Shown here: in pieces, positions 1-8,492 of the stretch
Position numbering within the stretch: position 1 is the first letter of the stretch
Layout: each line of letters starts with the position of its first letter
Assembly (NCBI GenBank): GCA_049414405.1
Contig: JBMSAQ010000026.1
Span: 4,293-36,292 of the forward strand
Length of the DNA stretch: 32,000 nt
Source of the DNA: Candidatus Nanopusillus sp.
GTDB taxonomy: Archaea > Nanobdellota > Nanobdellia > Nanobdellales > Nanobdellaceae
Reading direction: 5' to 3'
The notes under the pieces: model-generated
What the model was told of the DNA's origin: nothing
Databases searched by the model: none
The model's input: only the letters and a program-made list of their open reading frames with translations
Position numbers and translations under genes: made by a program

Positions 1-460
1 TTTCAAAATAAGATTGAAGTTCAGAACCTCTAAATTCTCTTATAATTTCTTTATCATCATATTTTTTATTAAAATCTCCAAAATTTGGTTTTAATAAACC
101 CGCTATTATATTTATTGCTGTACTCTTTCCCATTCCATTTCTTCCAATTATTCCAACAACTTTTCCTTCCTTAATTATTGGTAATCTATACAATCTAAAT
201 GTGTTTGGACCATATTGAAATACTGGTCTCTCATCCGGCTCTTTTGTCAAATTTATAATTATTATTGCATTAAATGGGCATCTCTTTACACATATGCCAC
301 ATCCGATACACAAAGATTCATCAATAGATGGTTTTTTATCTTGTAAAATATTAAATATTTTTAAATTGTTTTTTTGAACTGGACATACTTTCATACATAT
401 ATAATCACATTTTTCAGGAGCCTTACATCTATCTCTATCAATTACTGCAATTCTTTTCAT
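1..460 (-). CDS. abce1: ABCE1 / RNase L inhibitor-type ATPase (Rli1), N-terminal part; gene runs off the window at position 1
   Basis: Reverse translation from the ATG at 458-460 reads MKRIAVIDRDRCKAPEKCDYICMKVCPVQKNN...SLCIGCGICVKRCPFNAIIIINL (two ferredoxin-type 4Fe-4S Cys clusters), then Walker A GIIGRNGMGKSTAINIIAG. Absent from the ORF track because it is truncated by the window edge. Its ATG overlaps the upstream TGA (ATGA). Confidence 0.9.
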   Translation of the reverse strand, partial: MKRIAVIDRDRCKAPEKCDYICMKVCPVQKNNLKIFNILQDKKPSIDESLCIGCGICVKRCPFNAIIIINLTKEPDERPVFQYGPNTFRLYRLPIIKEGKVVGIIGRNGMGKSTAINIIAGLLKPNFGDFNKKYDDKEIIREFRGSELQSYFE

Positions 461-2259
461 ACTAATTTAAATTCTATTTTACTTTTATTATTTATAGCTT
501 CCAATATTTCCTGGCCTATTTCAGAATTTAGGTCTAAAACAATTTTTCCTTTTTTATTTATCTTAAATTTTCCAATTAATTTTCCATTTATATATAATTC
601 TACCTCTCTTTTCCTAAATAAATTATTAAACATTATTGTAAGATAATCTTTTGATATTTCATAATCAAAATTTATAATTTCATTTAATTTTTCGACATTT
701 TTTGTTTCAATTCTCAGATTATACTTATCCTTTATACCCATTAAATATCTTTTTTCATTTCTAATAAACCTCTTTTTAAGCTCTTTTGGAATATAAAATG
801 TTATTCCATCATCTAAAACTTCTGCATAAACATTATTATATTTTCTTCCGTATTCTATATTTAACAAATCTTCTAAGAACCTTTGAATTCCGGATTTTTG
901 TCTATATTTTTTAATTGGAACAACCATTATCTCTTCTCCAAAGGTATATATTTCATACTCTAAATCATTTGTTATGAAATCTCTTACTTCAACAACCGGT
1001 CTTGCAAGATCTTCTTCTTTTAAACCATGTGGAATTTTAACAATTAAATTTAAATAGTATACCTTTTCTATCTGTCCTTTATCTATATATATTATTGTAT
1101 CAATTATTTGTGGGATCAAACCAAGTTCTGTCCTAGATAATAGTCTATGAACAATGTCTATTGGTCTTTCGGCATGTGCAACACCAACCATTCCAATTCC
1201 TGCCAGTCTTAAATCTATATATAATTTAAAGTCTCTGGTATCTCTCATTTCATCGAATATTACATAATCTGGCCTTGATAATAATAATATATCATGTATT
1301 TCTTCATCTGTAGAATAATTTTTTGAGTATTGAACAATATCTGTGGATAATATTAAATCTCTTGGAGATTCTATTGTTTTAACAATCTTCTTCATACTTA
1401 AGTAATATTCTGCAAGAGCTTGAGCAAATGTTGTTTTTCCAGAACCTGGTTTTCCAACAATTATAATTCCTTCCGATTTCTCTTTTAATCTTTCAACTAT
1501 TTTTTCATTCAAATTGTAATCTTCTATTCTTAATATTTTTGAAGGCTTAACAATTGTTATTTCATATGCATCTGATAGTGGTGGTTTTACAATTACAATT
1601 CTAAAAATTCCTAATTGAATAATCAAACTATTCTTTTTTTCTTGTTCTATGAACGAATCTCTTCTATTTCTAGTAATATATATTATCTTATCGATTAAAT
1701 CTTCTATATCTTTATTTCCATATGTTTTATCTATCTCTTCCAAATACCACTCGCCAGGTTTTCCTCTTTTTCTTTTTACTTTTGTATTTTCGATAATATG
1801 AACAGATATTGTATCATTGGTAAATAAATCTAAAAAGGGTGGGTTCTCTATTGAAAGACCTTCTTTTTCAATAAATAAACAATCAACATTATATACTTTG
1901 GCAGTTTCATATAATACCCTATCGGATGTCAATAATGTAGATTTTGTTTCTCTCGCAATTTTAATAATTAAATAATCTATATATCCATGTTTAGCCAATC
2001 TTATTTGTTCTAATGTTGGTTTTTCTCCCAATATTGTTACCTTATAATTATATTTTTCAGATAATTCTCTAATTTTTTGCAGTTCTTTCAGACCAATCAA
2101 TCCCTTTTCAAGACCTTTATTTGCCTGAGCTTGTAATTCATCAATTACAGGTGTGGGTATTATTACTTCATTAAATAAAATACTACTATTTAATAACGAT
2201 CTTGAAATATATTCGTCAATTACTACAGACGTATCTAATGTTATTTTATCTAATTTCAT
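457..2259 (-). CDS. PIN-domain / PilT-like P-loop ATPase with C-terminal KH-like region (archaeal COG1855 family)
   Basis: N-terminal PIN-like ITLDTSVVIDEY, Walker A GKPGSGKTTFAQALAE, Walker B-like YVIFDEMRD. Size and architecture fit the conserved archaeal PilT-family ATPase. The ORF track starts at a TTG (2262); the first ATG is at 2259. Confidence 0.8.
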   Translation of the reverse strand: MKLDKITLDTSVVIDEYISRSLLNSSILFNEVIIPTPVIDELQAQANKGLEKGLIGLKELQKIRELSEKYNYKVTILGEKPTLEQIRLAKHGYIDYLIIKIARETKSTLLTSDRVLYETAKVYNVDCLFIEKEGLSIENPPFLDLFTNDTISVHIIENTKVKRKRGKPGEWYLEEIDKTYGNKDIEDLIDKIIYITRNRRDSFIEQEKKNSLIIQLGIFRIVIVKPPLSDAYEITIVKPSKILRIEDYNLNEKIVERLKEKSEGIIIVGKPGSGKTTFAQALAEYYLSMKKIVKTIESPRDLILSTDIVQYSKNYSTDEEIHDILLLSRPDYVIFDEMRDTRDFKLYIDLRLAGIGMVGVAHAERPIDIVHRLLSRTELGLIPQIIDTIIYIDKGQIEKVYYLNLIVKIPHGLKEEDLARPVVEVRDFITNDLEYEIYTFGEEIMVVPIKKYRQKSGIQRFLEDLLNIEYGRKYNNVYAEVLDDGITFYIPKELKKRFIRNEKRYLMGIKDKYNLRIETKNVEKLNEIINFDYEISKDYLTIMFNNLFRKREVELYINGKLIGKFKINKKGKIVLDLNSEIGQEILEAINNKSKIEFKLV

Positions 2260-2527
2260 CAATTATTTTATTATATTCTTTATCAAAACCATTTAACCTA
2301 TCTAAAGCCCTCTTTATTGCATCTATTAATATTTCTCTTGGTTTTCTTTTTCCATTGGTTCTTATATATAAGTAAATATCTTTTATTAGAGGATGATTTT
2401 CTTTCCATGCGGCAATTATTACATCTGGATCTTTATCCAATTCTTCTTTTAATAACATAGACATAGTTGCTTTATCATTTTCAAATATTATTTCCATTTC
2501 TGTTTCACTTTCCTTATTTACTTTCAT
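2246..2527 (-). CDS. rpoL: DNA-directed RNA polymerase subunit L (Rpo11)
   Basis: 93 aa. MEIIFEND...LLKEELDKDPDVIIAAWKENHPLIKDIYLYIRTNGKRKPREILIDAIKRALDRL follows the Rpo11/RpoL pattern (HPL..., I.T.G..P.E.L..A). Internal Met-11 (2497) could be the true start. Overlaps the downstream gene by 14 nt. Confidence 0.65.
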   Translation of the reverse strand: MKVNKESETEMEIIFENDKATMSMLLKEELDKDPDVIIAAWKENHPLIKDIYLYIRTNGKRKPREILIDAIKRALDRLNGFDKEYNKIIDEIR

Positions 2528-2550
2528 TCCTATTATATTATATAAATATT

Positions 2551-4203
2551 TTATATAACTTTATCTCTTATCTTTTTTATCTCAAAATTAAATAAATTAA
2601 TACTCAAAACCCCTCCATTTTTTATATTTCTCAAAAATAAAATACCTGGTTCTGGTTTATGACCCAATTCTTTCTGATATGGGGTTATATCCTGGAAGGT
2701 GGATGAATTAATTAAATCTATCCCTCTATATTCGCTATAAGATGCTCTATGTATATGGCCGGTATGAAACAAATCTGGTACAATCTCTATTACAGATGGG
2801 TCGTCATTTATATATGGAACGTACGGATTTGATCCATGAGATGGAAATATTAACCTAAACATTAACATAAATTTCATTAATTCTCCGGGATTTTCATATC
2901 CCCCTCTCTCTCTTAAAAAAGAAATGTTTGATACTAACCAATCTAAAACGTATCCATGGTATAATAACCCAATAATCGAATTATGTATTTTTACATATGA
3001 TGGATTTGACAAATAATGTATATTTTTCATTGAATAGGATTCTCTTAATAAAGATCTTGGCAATTCTGGTTGTGGTTCTGCCAATCTTGGTATGTCGTGA
3101 TTTCCTGGTATAATAATTGTCTTTATACTTTCCGGTATTTTTAATATATAATCTTCAAAACTTTTATATTGGTCCTCATATGTTTTTAATACCAATTCTT
3201 CTTTTTGATCTGGATAAACACCAACCCCATCCACAACATCACCAACAATTATTACATAACCTATTTTTCTAGTAATTTCATTTATTTTTTCATTTTCTGT
3301 TTTTCCATTTACAAATTGTAAAAATCTATCAAATAAATTGTAAAATGTATGTTTATTTCCTATTTGCCAATCACCAGTAAATAGTATATATACATCATCT
3401 TCCCCAAATGTTTTTGATTTTTTTATTGGTACATTTGGTAATATCACATTATTTACAAAAAACATGTTGTTTTTATATATACCAACTAAACCAATAACAG
3501 AATCTGACGGTATATCTTTGACTATTTTAAAATCTATGTTTTCGTTATCTTTGCTTATAAAAGCTTTTATAATATTGTTTTCATCTTCTATAACAAGAAT
3601 TATTCCTTTTTCGGTTATTTTCTTATCATAAACCAATCCTGCAATTGCAACTTCTTTGTTTTCTGGTATTTTATTTAACGGATATAGTTCTCTCATTTCT
3701 GAATGATCTCTTAGTATTTTTTTTATCTTATTTAATCTTTGCTTATAATATGATATCCAGGATATAATGTCTGGTTTATTTTTTTGTATTTCAAATTTCT
3801 TTAGAATATTTATTTCTTTTGCTTCTTTCATTTCCTTTACAGATAGTTCTATTTCTTCTCCAACGTGTTTCTTTGTACTTTCTATAAGAATTACATTAGT
3901 ACTTTCTTTTTCTATATTTTGTTTATTTTCATTTATATTAAAAAAATCTTTTATATTTATAATGTTTCGTTTTTTATTGATGTTCTTTTCACTTTTTTCA
4001 ATGTTTTTATTATCATTACTAACATTTTTTTCAAGTATTTTATTAATAAAATCTTCATCTATCTTATTTACATTGTTTTTTACTGCTTCTTTAAATATAA
4101 TGTCTAAATATTCATCTTTTAAATTGTTTAAAAGATCATATGCTCTTTTTTCAATAAATATATTATTTTCCCATAGCAGTTTTATTAGATCTTCTTTATT
4201 CAT
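2551..4203 (-). CDS. polB: DNA polymerase II (PolD) small subunit DP1
   Basis: Metallophosphoesterase motifs GDWQIGNKH, GDVVDGVGVYPDQ, PGNHD and GHIH in the C-terminal half, preceded by a Lys/Asn-rich linker. ATGA overlap with the upstream Orc1/Cdc6 gene. The Pyrococcus-type cdc6-polD arrangement is established knowledge. Confidence 0.85.
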   Translation of the reverse strand: MNKEDLIKLLWENNIFIEKRAYDLLNNLKDEYLDIIFKEAVKNNVNKIDEDFINKILEKNVSNDNKNIEKSEKNINKKRNIINIKDFFNINENKQNIEKESTNVILIESTKKHVGEEIELSVKEMKEAKEINILKKFEIQKNKPDIISWISYYKQRLNKIKKILRDHSEMRELYPLNKIPENKEVAIAGLVYDKKITEKGIILVIEDENNIIKAFISKDNENIDFKIVKDIPSDSVIGLVGIYKNNMFFVNNVILPNVPIKKSKTFGEDDVYILFTGDWQIGNKHTFYNLFDRFLQFVNGKTENEKINEITRKIGYVIIVGDVVDGVGVYPDQKEELVLKTYEDQYKSFEDYILKIPESIKTIIIPGNHDIPRLAEPQPELPRSLLRESYSMKNIHYLSNPSYVKIHNSIIGLLYHGYVLDWLVSNISFLRERGGYENPGELMKFMLMFRLIFPSHGSNPYVPYINDDPSVIEIVPDLFHTGHIHRASYSEYRGIDLINSSTFQDITPYQKELGHKPEPGILFLRNIKNGGVLSINLFNFEIKKIRDKVI

Positions 4204-5432
4204 ATATCTTTTTTTATTTTTTCATATATTTTTTTAAGATTATCAACATCTGATATAATCTTTAAAACCTTGTTTACTCCGTTTTTTCCATTAGATATTA
4301 TTTTTGATTCTATTAATTCTCCAAATATACTTTCTATTTTCTTTAGATTTTTATATACTGCTGTTTTATCTAAAACAGATATTCCAAAACTATTAGATAA
4401 ATTTACGTATTCTTCGTATAAATTGTTAAATGTTACAAAATCTTCTTTTTTTATTTGTTCTTTTATTAAGGCTAGTAAAATTATTTTTTGTGTTTTGTTT
4501 AAAGTGTTTACTATAGACTCTAATATATTTAAATCAACACTTGAAAAAGCTTCATTTATGTCGTCTTTATCTATTTTTTCCTTGTTTTTATTATATGAAA
4601 TAATTGCTGATAATCTTAGCACATTTATTGCAATTCTTGCGTCTCCAAAAAATTCTTTAGAAACCTTTGCAGAAATATAATTTATATCTTCCTCTGATAT
4701 TGAACCTGGTTTTAGAGCTTTTATAGCTCTGTCTTTTAGAATTTCTCTCAATTCATAATAATTGTATGGAAGAAATTTTACTTGAATTATCGATGAAAAT
4801 GACGATTTTATTCTTTGATCCAATTGAGATATAAAAGATGGGGAATTTGAAATGAGTATTATCCTTATTCTACTTAAAAAGTTTATATCGTAATTTCTTA
4901 ATAGCAAATACAATATTTCTGTATTTTCCAACTTTCTAAATATACTATCTACTTCATCTAATATTATTATTAGCTTATAATCATTATTGATTATAAATTT
5001 ATATATATTTTCATATATATCATTCTTTCTAACTCCGCTTTTTATATTTGTATTTGTTAGTTCTTCATATATTTTTTTAAATATATAATAATCTACTTCG
5101 TCCGACAGTATTTGTTTGCAATTTATATATGCAACTCTTACTTTTAGCTTATTTTTTGCCGAATAAAATGATATACCTTTGCTTAAATACCTTGCCATTA
5201 AAGTTTTCCCAGTACCGGTAGTTCCGTATAAAAATAAGTTACTTCCTGTATTTCTATTTAAAAACAAGTTTATGTTTGATAATATGATTTCTTTTTCTTT
5301 ATCTCTAAATTTGATTTCGTATGGAATGAAATCTTCTTCAAAATATCTTCCATCTACAATAAGGCTTTTATTTTTATTTGATATTTTTTCAAAATCTGAT
5401 AAAAAATAGTCTATTATAGAATTTGTCATCAT
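4200..5432 (-). CDS. cdc6: Orc1/Cdc6 replication initiator (AAA+)
   Basis: Walker A LYGTTGTGKTLMA, Walker B IIILDEVDS, sensor region and a C-terminal winged-helix-like tail; 410 aa, typical size. Confidence 0.9.
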   Translation of the reverse strand: MMTNSIIDYFLSDFEKISNKNKSLIVDGRYFEEDFIPYEIKFRDKEKEIILSNINLFLNRNTGSNLFLYGTTGTGKTLMARYLSKGISFYSAKNKLKVRVAYINCKQILSDEVDYYIFKKIYEELTNTNIKSGVRKNDIYENIYKFIINNDYKLIIILDEVDSIFRKLENTEILYLLLRNYDINFLSRIRIILISNSPSFISQLDQRIKSSFSSIIQVKFLPYNYYELREILKDRAIKALKPGSISEEDINYISAKVSKEFFGDARIAINVLRLSAIISYNKNKEKIDKDDINEAFSSVDLNILESIVNTLNKTQKIILLALIKEQIKKEDFVTFNNLYEEYVNLSNSFGISVLDKTAVYKNLKKIESIFGELIESKIISNGKNGVNKVLKIISDVDNLKKIYEKIKKDI

Positions 5433-5761
5433 AATATTTTATATTATAAAAAATTTTATAAAATGTCTTTGCATTCACTTTAAAAAAATAGAAATAAACC
5501 TTCTTATTCCTTAAAATAATAAATTTTTTGTGATTTTAAAAAATTTGCCCTAAAATTTTTTCCATAGATAGTTTTTCCCTCTAAAGATATCTATAATTTT
5601 TCTGTTTAAAAATGTTGTTTATCAAAAAAATTTATAAACAATATTTATAAAATTTTTGATACACATACATCAAAATGTAAGCTAATTATATTATATTTGC
5701 CAGATTTTTATATACTACTAACTAGTAGTTAATTATTTTATTGGTATCTTCTTAAAAATAA
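5433..5761. other. Candidate replication origin region (also holds the cdc6 promoter)
   Basis: Longest non-coding gap in the window (329 bp; most others are under 150 bp), directly upstream of orc1/cdc6. Three copies of the palindromic octamer TTTATAAA (5455, 5631, 5644) and an inverted repeat ACTACTA-ac-TAGTAGT (5714-5729). No canonical ORB consensus recognised. Confidence 0.3.
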
Positions 5762-6775
5762 TTATAACATATTTTGAAGACGGTGTTCTCTATAATCTTT
5801 TAAAATTTTCTTTAATCTTTCTCCATCAACGTTTTTTTCTAATACGTTAGACTTTTCCTCATAAAATTTTTCAACAATAACAAAATTTTTTAATTCCTTG
5901 AATCTATCTACAACATAAAATCTTGGAAAAACACTTTTAACTTCTACAAGATTCTCTTTTTTTACAAAAAATTTCACATCATTTCCTTTATAATACGAGA
6001 TGTATTCTTCTTTAAATTCATCTATAAATATTTTATTATAATAAAGTTTATTCAAATATAAAAAAGAAATTTTTGGTATAACATTATCATTAATTTTTAA
6101 TCTTTCTATTAAAATCTTGGATAAAGTATTATAGTCGCTTAATAGATCGATATATTTTTTATTTAATTCTTCTAATGTTTTTTCCTTTTCTTCTTGATAT
6201 TTCTTATTCTTTATGATAATTTTTATTATTTCAATGTCTTTTTTATCTATAAATCTTTTTCTTCTTTTATTATGTTTTTTTGTTTCTTTTTCTTTTTCTT
6301 TTAAATTATTTTTTGCAGACACAACCTCTACTTTTCTATTTTTTAGTATATATCTTAATATTTTAACATATTCTTCTTGGCTTTTAGAAAATCTTTTAGC
6401 CTTTTCAAATATTTCTTTTAATTTTTTTAATGCTTCAATTGCCGATATATAAGCATCAAATTCATGACTATTTTCAAATATATTCTTTAAATTTTCGTTT
6501 TTATAATATTTATTTTTTATTTCTAAACCAATATCTTCCTTAGGCTTATATACACCAATATTTAGTTTTGATGCTATATCTAAAATTGTCTTAGGTATGT
6601 CTTTTTTATCTGTAGCAATGAGTACAACATATTTTAAATTGCTTATATACCTAATTATGTCTTCATTTTGTATATTCTTTCCGCTTATTTTATCAATTAT
6701 ATTTCCATTATCGTCTATAACAACTAACCCTAGATTTGTACCCGGATCTATCCCAACAATTAATGATTTTAGCAT
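5762..6775 (-). CDS. DUF460 / COG2433-like protein (RNase H-fold, YqgF/RuvC-like N-domain plus coiled coil)
   Basis: N-terminus IVGIDPGTNLGLVVIDDNGNII...VVLIATDKKDIPKTILDIASKLNIGVYKPKEDIGLEIK resembles the archaeal DUF460 family as I remember it. The middle is a Lys/Glu-rich predicted coiled coil. Confidence 0.55.
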   Translation of the reverse strand: MLKSLIVGIDPGTNLGLVVIDDNGNIIDKISGKNIQNEDIIRYISNLKYVVLIATDKKDIPKTILDIASKLNIGVYKPKEDIGLEIKNKYYKNENLKNIFENSHEFDAYISAIEALKKLKEIFEKAKRFSKSQEEYVKILRYILKNRKVEVVSAKNNLKEKEKETKKHNKRRKRFIDKKDIEIIKIIIKNKKYQEEKEKTLEELNKKYIDLLSDYNTLSKILIERLKINDNVIPKISFLYLNKLYYNKIFIDEFKEEYISYYKGNDVKFFVKKENLVEVKSVFPRFYVVDRFKELKNFVIVEKFYEEKSNVLEKNVDGERLKKILKDYREHRLQNML

Positions 6776-6848
6776 TATTATATTTATTTTATTCTTCTCC
6801 TTAAAAGTCTATATCTTTTTTTAAATCTTACTAATATATTATAAATAA

Positions 6849-7211
6849 ATGCCGAATGATTGGTCATATTTAGTAGAATTGCAAAAGAATAAACCAGGTA
6901 CTTTGGCAAAGATATTAAAACATAATGCACCAAAATACATAAAGGAAGAAGTAAGAAGATTAATTAAAGAAGGTAAAATTAAGAATATACAAGAATTAAT
7001 ACAAAAGGCAGTAAATGAAAAAAAGAGTTTAATAAAAGTATTAGAAGAATATGGAATAGAAAATAAGGAAAGAAGGTTTGGAAAGGGGGGTATAAGATGT
7101 ATAATATGTAAATCTCATGATAGGGTTATTAGAAGATATAAAATAAAGATATGTGGAAGATGTTTTAGAGAAATGGCAAAAGAACTAGGATTTAAAGTTT
7201 TTGGAGAATAA
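6849..7211 (+). CDS. rps14: Ribosomal protein uS14 (zinc-ribbon type) with an ~65-aa N-terminal extension
   Basis: C-terminal RRFGKGGIRCIICKSHDRVIRRYKIKICGRCFREMAKELGFKVFGE is the uS14 CxxC...CxxC module. Its stop overlaps the uS8 ATG (TAATG). There is no in-frame ATG/GTG/TTG near the point where a normal ~55-aa uS14 would begin. Confidence 0.8.
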   Translation: MPNDWSYLVELQKNKPGTLAKILKHNAPKYIKEEVRRLIKEGKIKNIQELIQKAVNEKKSLIKVLEEYGIENKERRFGKGGIRCIICKSHDRVIRRYKIKICGRCFREMAKELGFKVFGE

Positions 7212-7585
7212 TGGTAGATATAATTAATGATTTTTTAGCCCATGCCACAAATTGTATAAATATTGGAAGAAGAAATGTGGAATTTAATTATTATAATAAA
7301 CTATTATTAAATATTTTAGAAAAGTTAAAAGAACATAAATATGTTGAAGAATATAAAACAGAAGGAAAGAAAATAATTGTTAGATTTTCAGAATATTTCA
7401 ATTTTGGAAAAGCGATACATCCAAAATACCCCATATCATATAAAGAATTAGAAAAGTATGAAAAAAGATATTTGCCAGCAAGCAGTTTTGGAATATTATT
7501 GATATCTACTAATAGAGGCGTTAAAACAAATGAAGAATGTAAAAAAGAAAAAATAGGTGGTGTTTTAGTTGCAGTTGTCTATTAA
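7211..7585 (+). CDS. rps8: Ribosomal protein uS8
   Basis: 124 aa. N-terminal DFLAHATNCINIGRRNVEF and C-terminal [39 protein letters not shown] match the uS8 signature. Confidence 0.9.
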   Translation: MVDIINDFLAHATNCINIGRRNVEFNYYNKLLLNILEKLKEHKYVEEYKTEGKKIIVRFSEYFNFGKAIHPKYPISYKELEKYEKRYLPASSFGILLISTNRGVKTNEECKKEKIGGVLVAVVY

Positions 7586-7833
7586 AGTTTTCTTAAATAC
7601 TCTTCTAATTTATCTCTTAATTCTTTATTATTTATTATAGATTCTATTTCGGATAATTTTCCTTCTATAGATAATAATTTTCTATATAATATACCCAATG
7701 CAATCCATATCTGTACTTTTGAAGGATTATCAGAATTTTCATATACATCCCTATATTTTTTTGTTTCTTCTATTAATGATTTTATAAAGTCTCTAAATAC
7801 AAGATCTACGCTATCTTTCCAATCAGAGACCAT
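7582..7833 (-). CDS. Hypothetical small helical protein (83 aa), co-oriented with and overlapping the end of uL18
   Basis: Clean ATG ORF with an 11-nt overlap with the uL18 stop region. Lys/Glu-rich non-low-complexity sequence. No family recognised. Confidence 0.4.
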   Translation of the reverse strand: MVSDWKDSVDLVFRDFIKSLIEETKKYRDVYENSDNPSKVQIWIALGILYRKLLSIEGKLSEIESIINNKELRDKLEEYLRKL

Positions 7834-8419
7834 ATTCTTTTAATATTTTGTCTTTTACTTCTTCAAAATGTTCTACTATTTTTTCAGGTTCTAATCCAAC
7901 TTTTAAATATCTTGAAAATTGTTTTTTATAATTTTCAGGATCTTTTTCTTTTAGCATTAATGCATAATTTTTTATATGTTCACCTCTTATTCTATCTTCA
8001 GAAGGTAGAATTTCTTCACTGTGTGGTATTTCTAATCCAGCGTCAATAGCACCTTTTAGTGCTGCATATAGCGAATTTCCCTTTGTAGAATGAAATCTTC
8101 CAATGTCTACTATTGCTTCTTTAATCCCTCTTTTCTTTGCTTCTAAACCCGCTAATAAACCAATTAGATATGCTGTTGGTAAATTTCCTCTATGACCTTT
8201 CCATCCATATTTTTTTTCTAATACTTTTGAATGTATTGTGAATAATGTTTTATCTCCGTTTTCATTATATAATATTATTTGTGCTGATATATTATTTAAA
8301 AATCTTCTAACGACAAATCTTGGTTTTTTTGATTTTAATAACTTTAATCTCTTTCTGTAATCTGTAATATTCTTCCTTCTTCTTCTAAATTTTACTACAT
8401 AAGTAGGACCTGTAGCCAT
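7823..8419 (-). CDS. rpl18: Ribosomal protein uL18 (L5e/L18p)
   Basis: [39 protein letters not shown]...[21 protein letters not shown]...[20 protein letters not shown] is the typical archaeal uL18. Confidence 0.9.
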   Translation of the reverse strand: MATGPTYVVKFRRRRKNITDYRKRLKLLKSKKPRFVVRRFLNNISAQIILYNENGDKTLFTIHSKVLEKKYGWKGHRGNLPTAYLIGLLAGLEAKKRGIKEAIVDIGRFHSTKGNSLYAALKGAIDAGLEIPHSEEILPSEDRIRGEHIKNYALMLKEKDPENYKKQFSRYLKVGLEPEKIVEHFEEVKDKILKEYGL

Positions 8420-8492
8420 TAAAGATATTTTTATAAGTAATTTTTTAAATTTAATTTAGTTAAATTTTAAATTAGTTTATATTCGAAATAGA

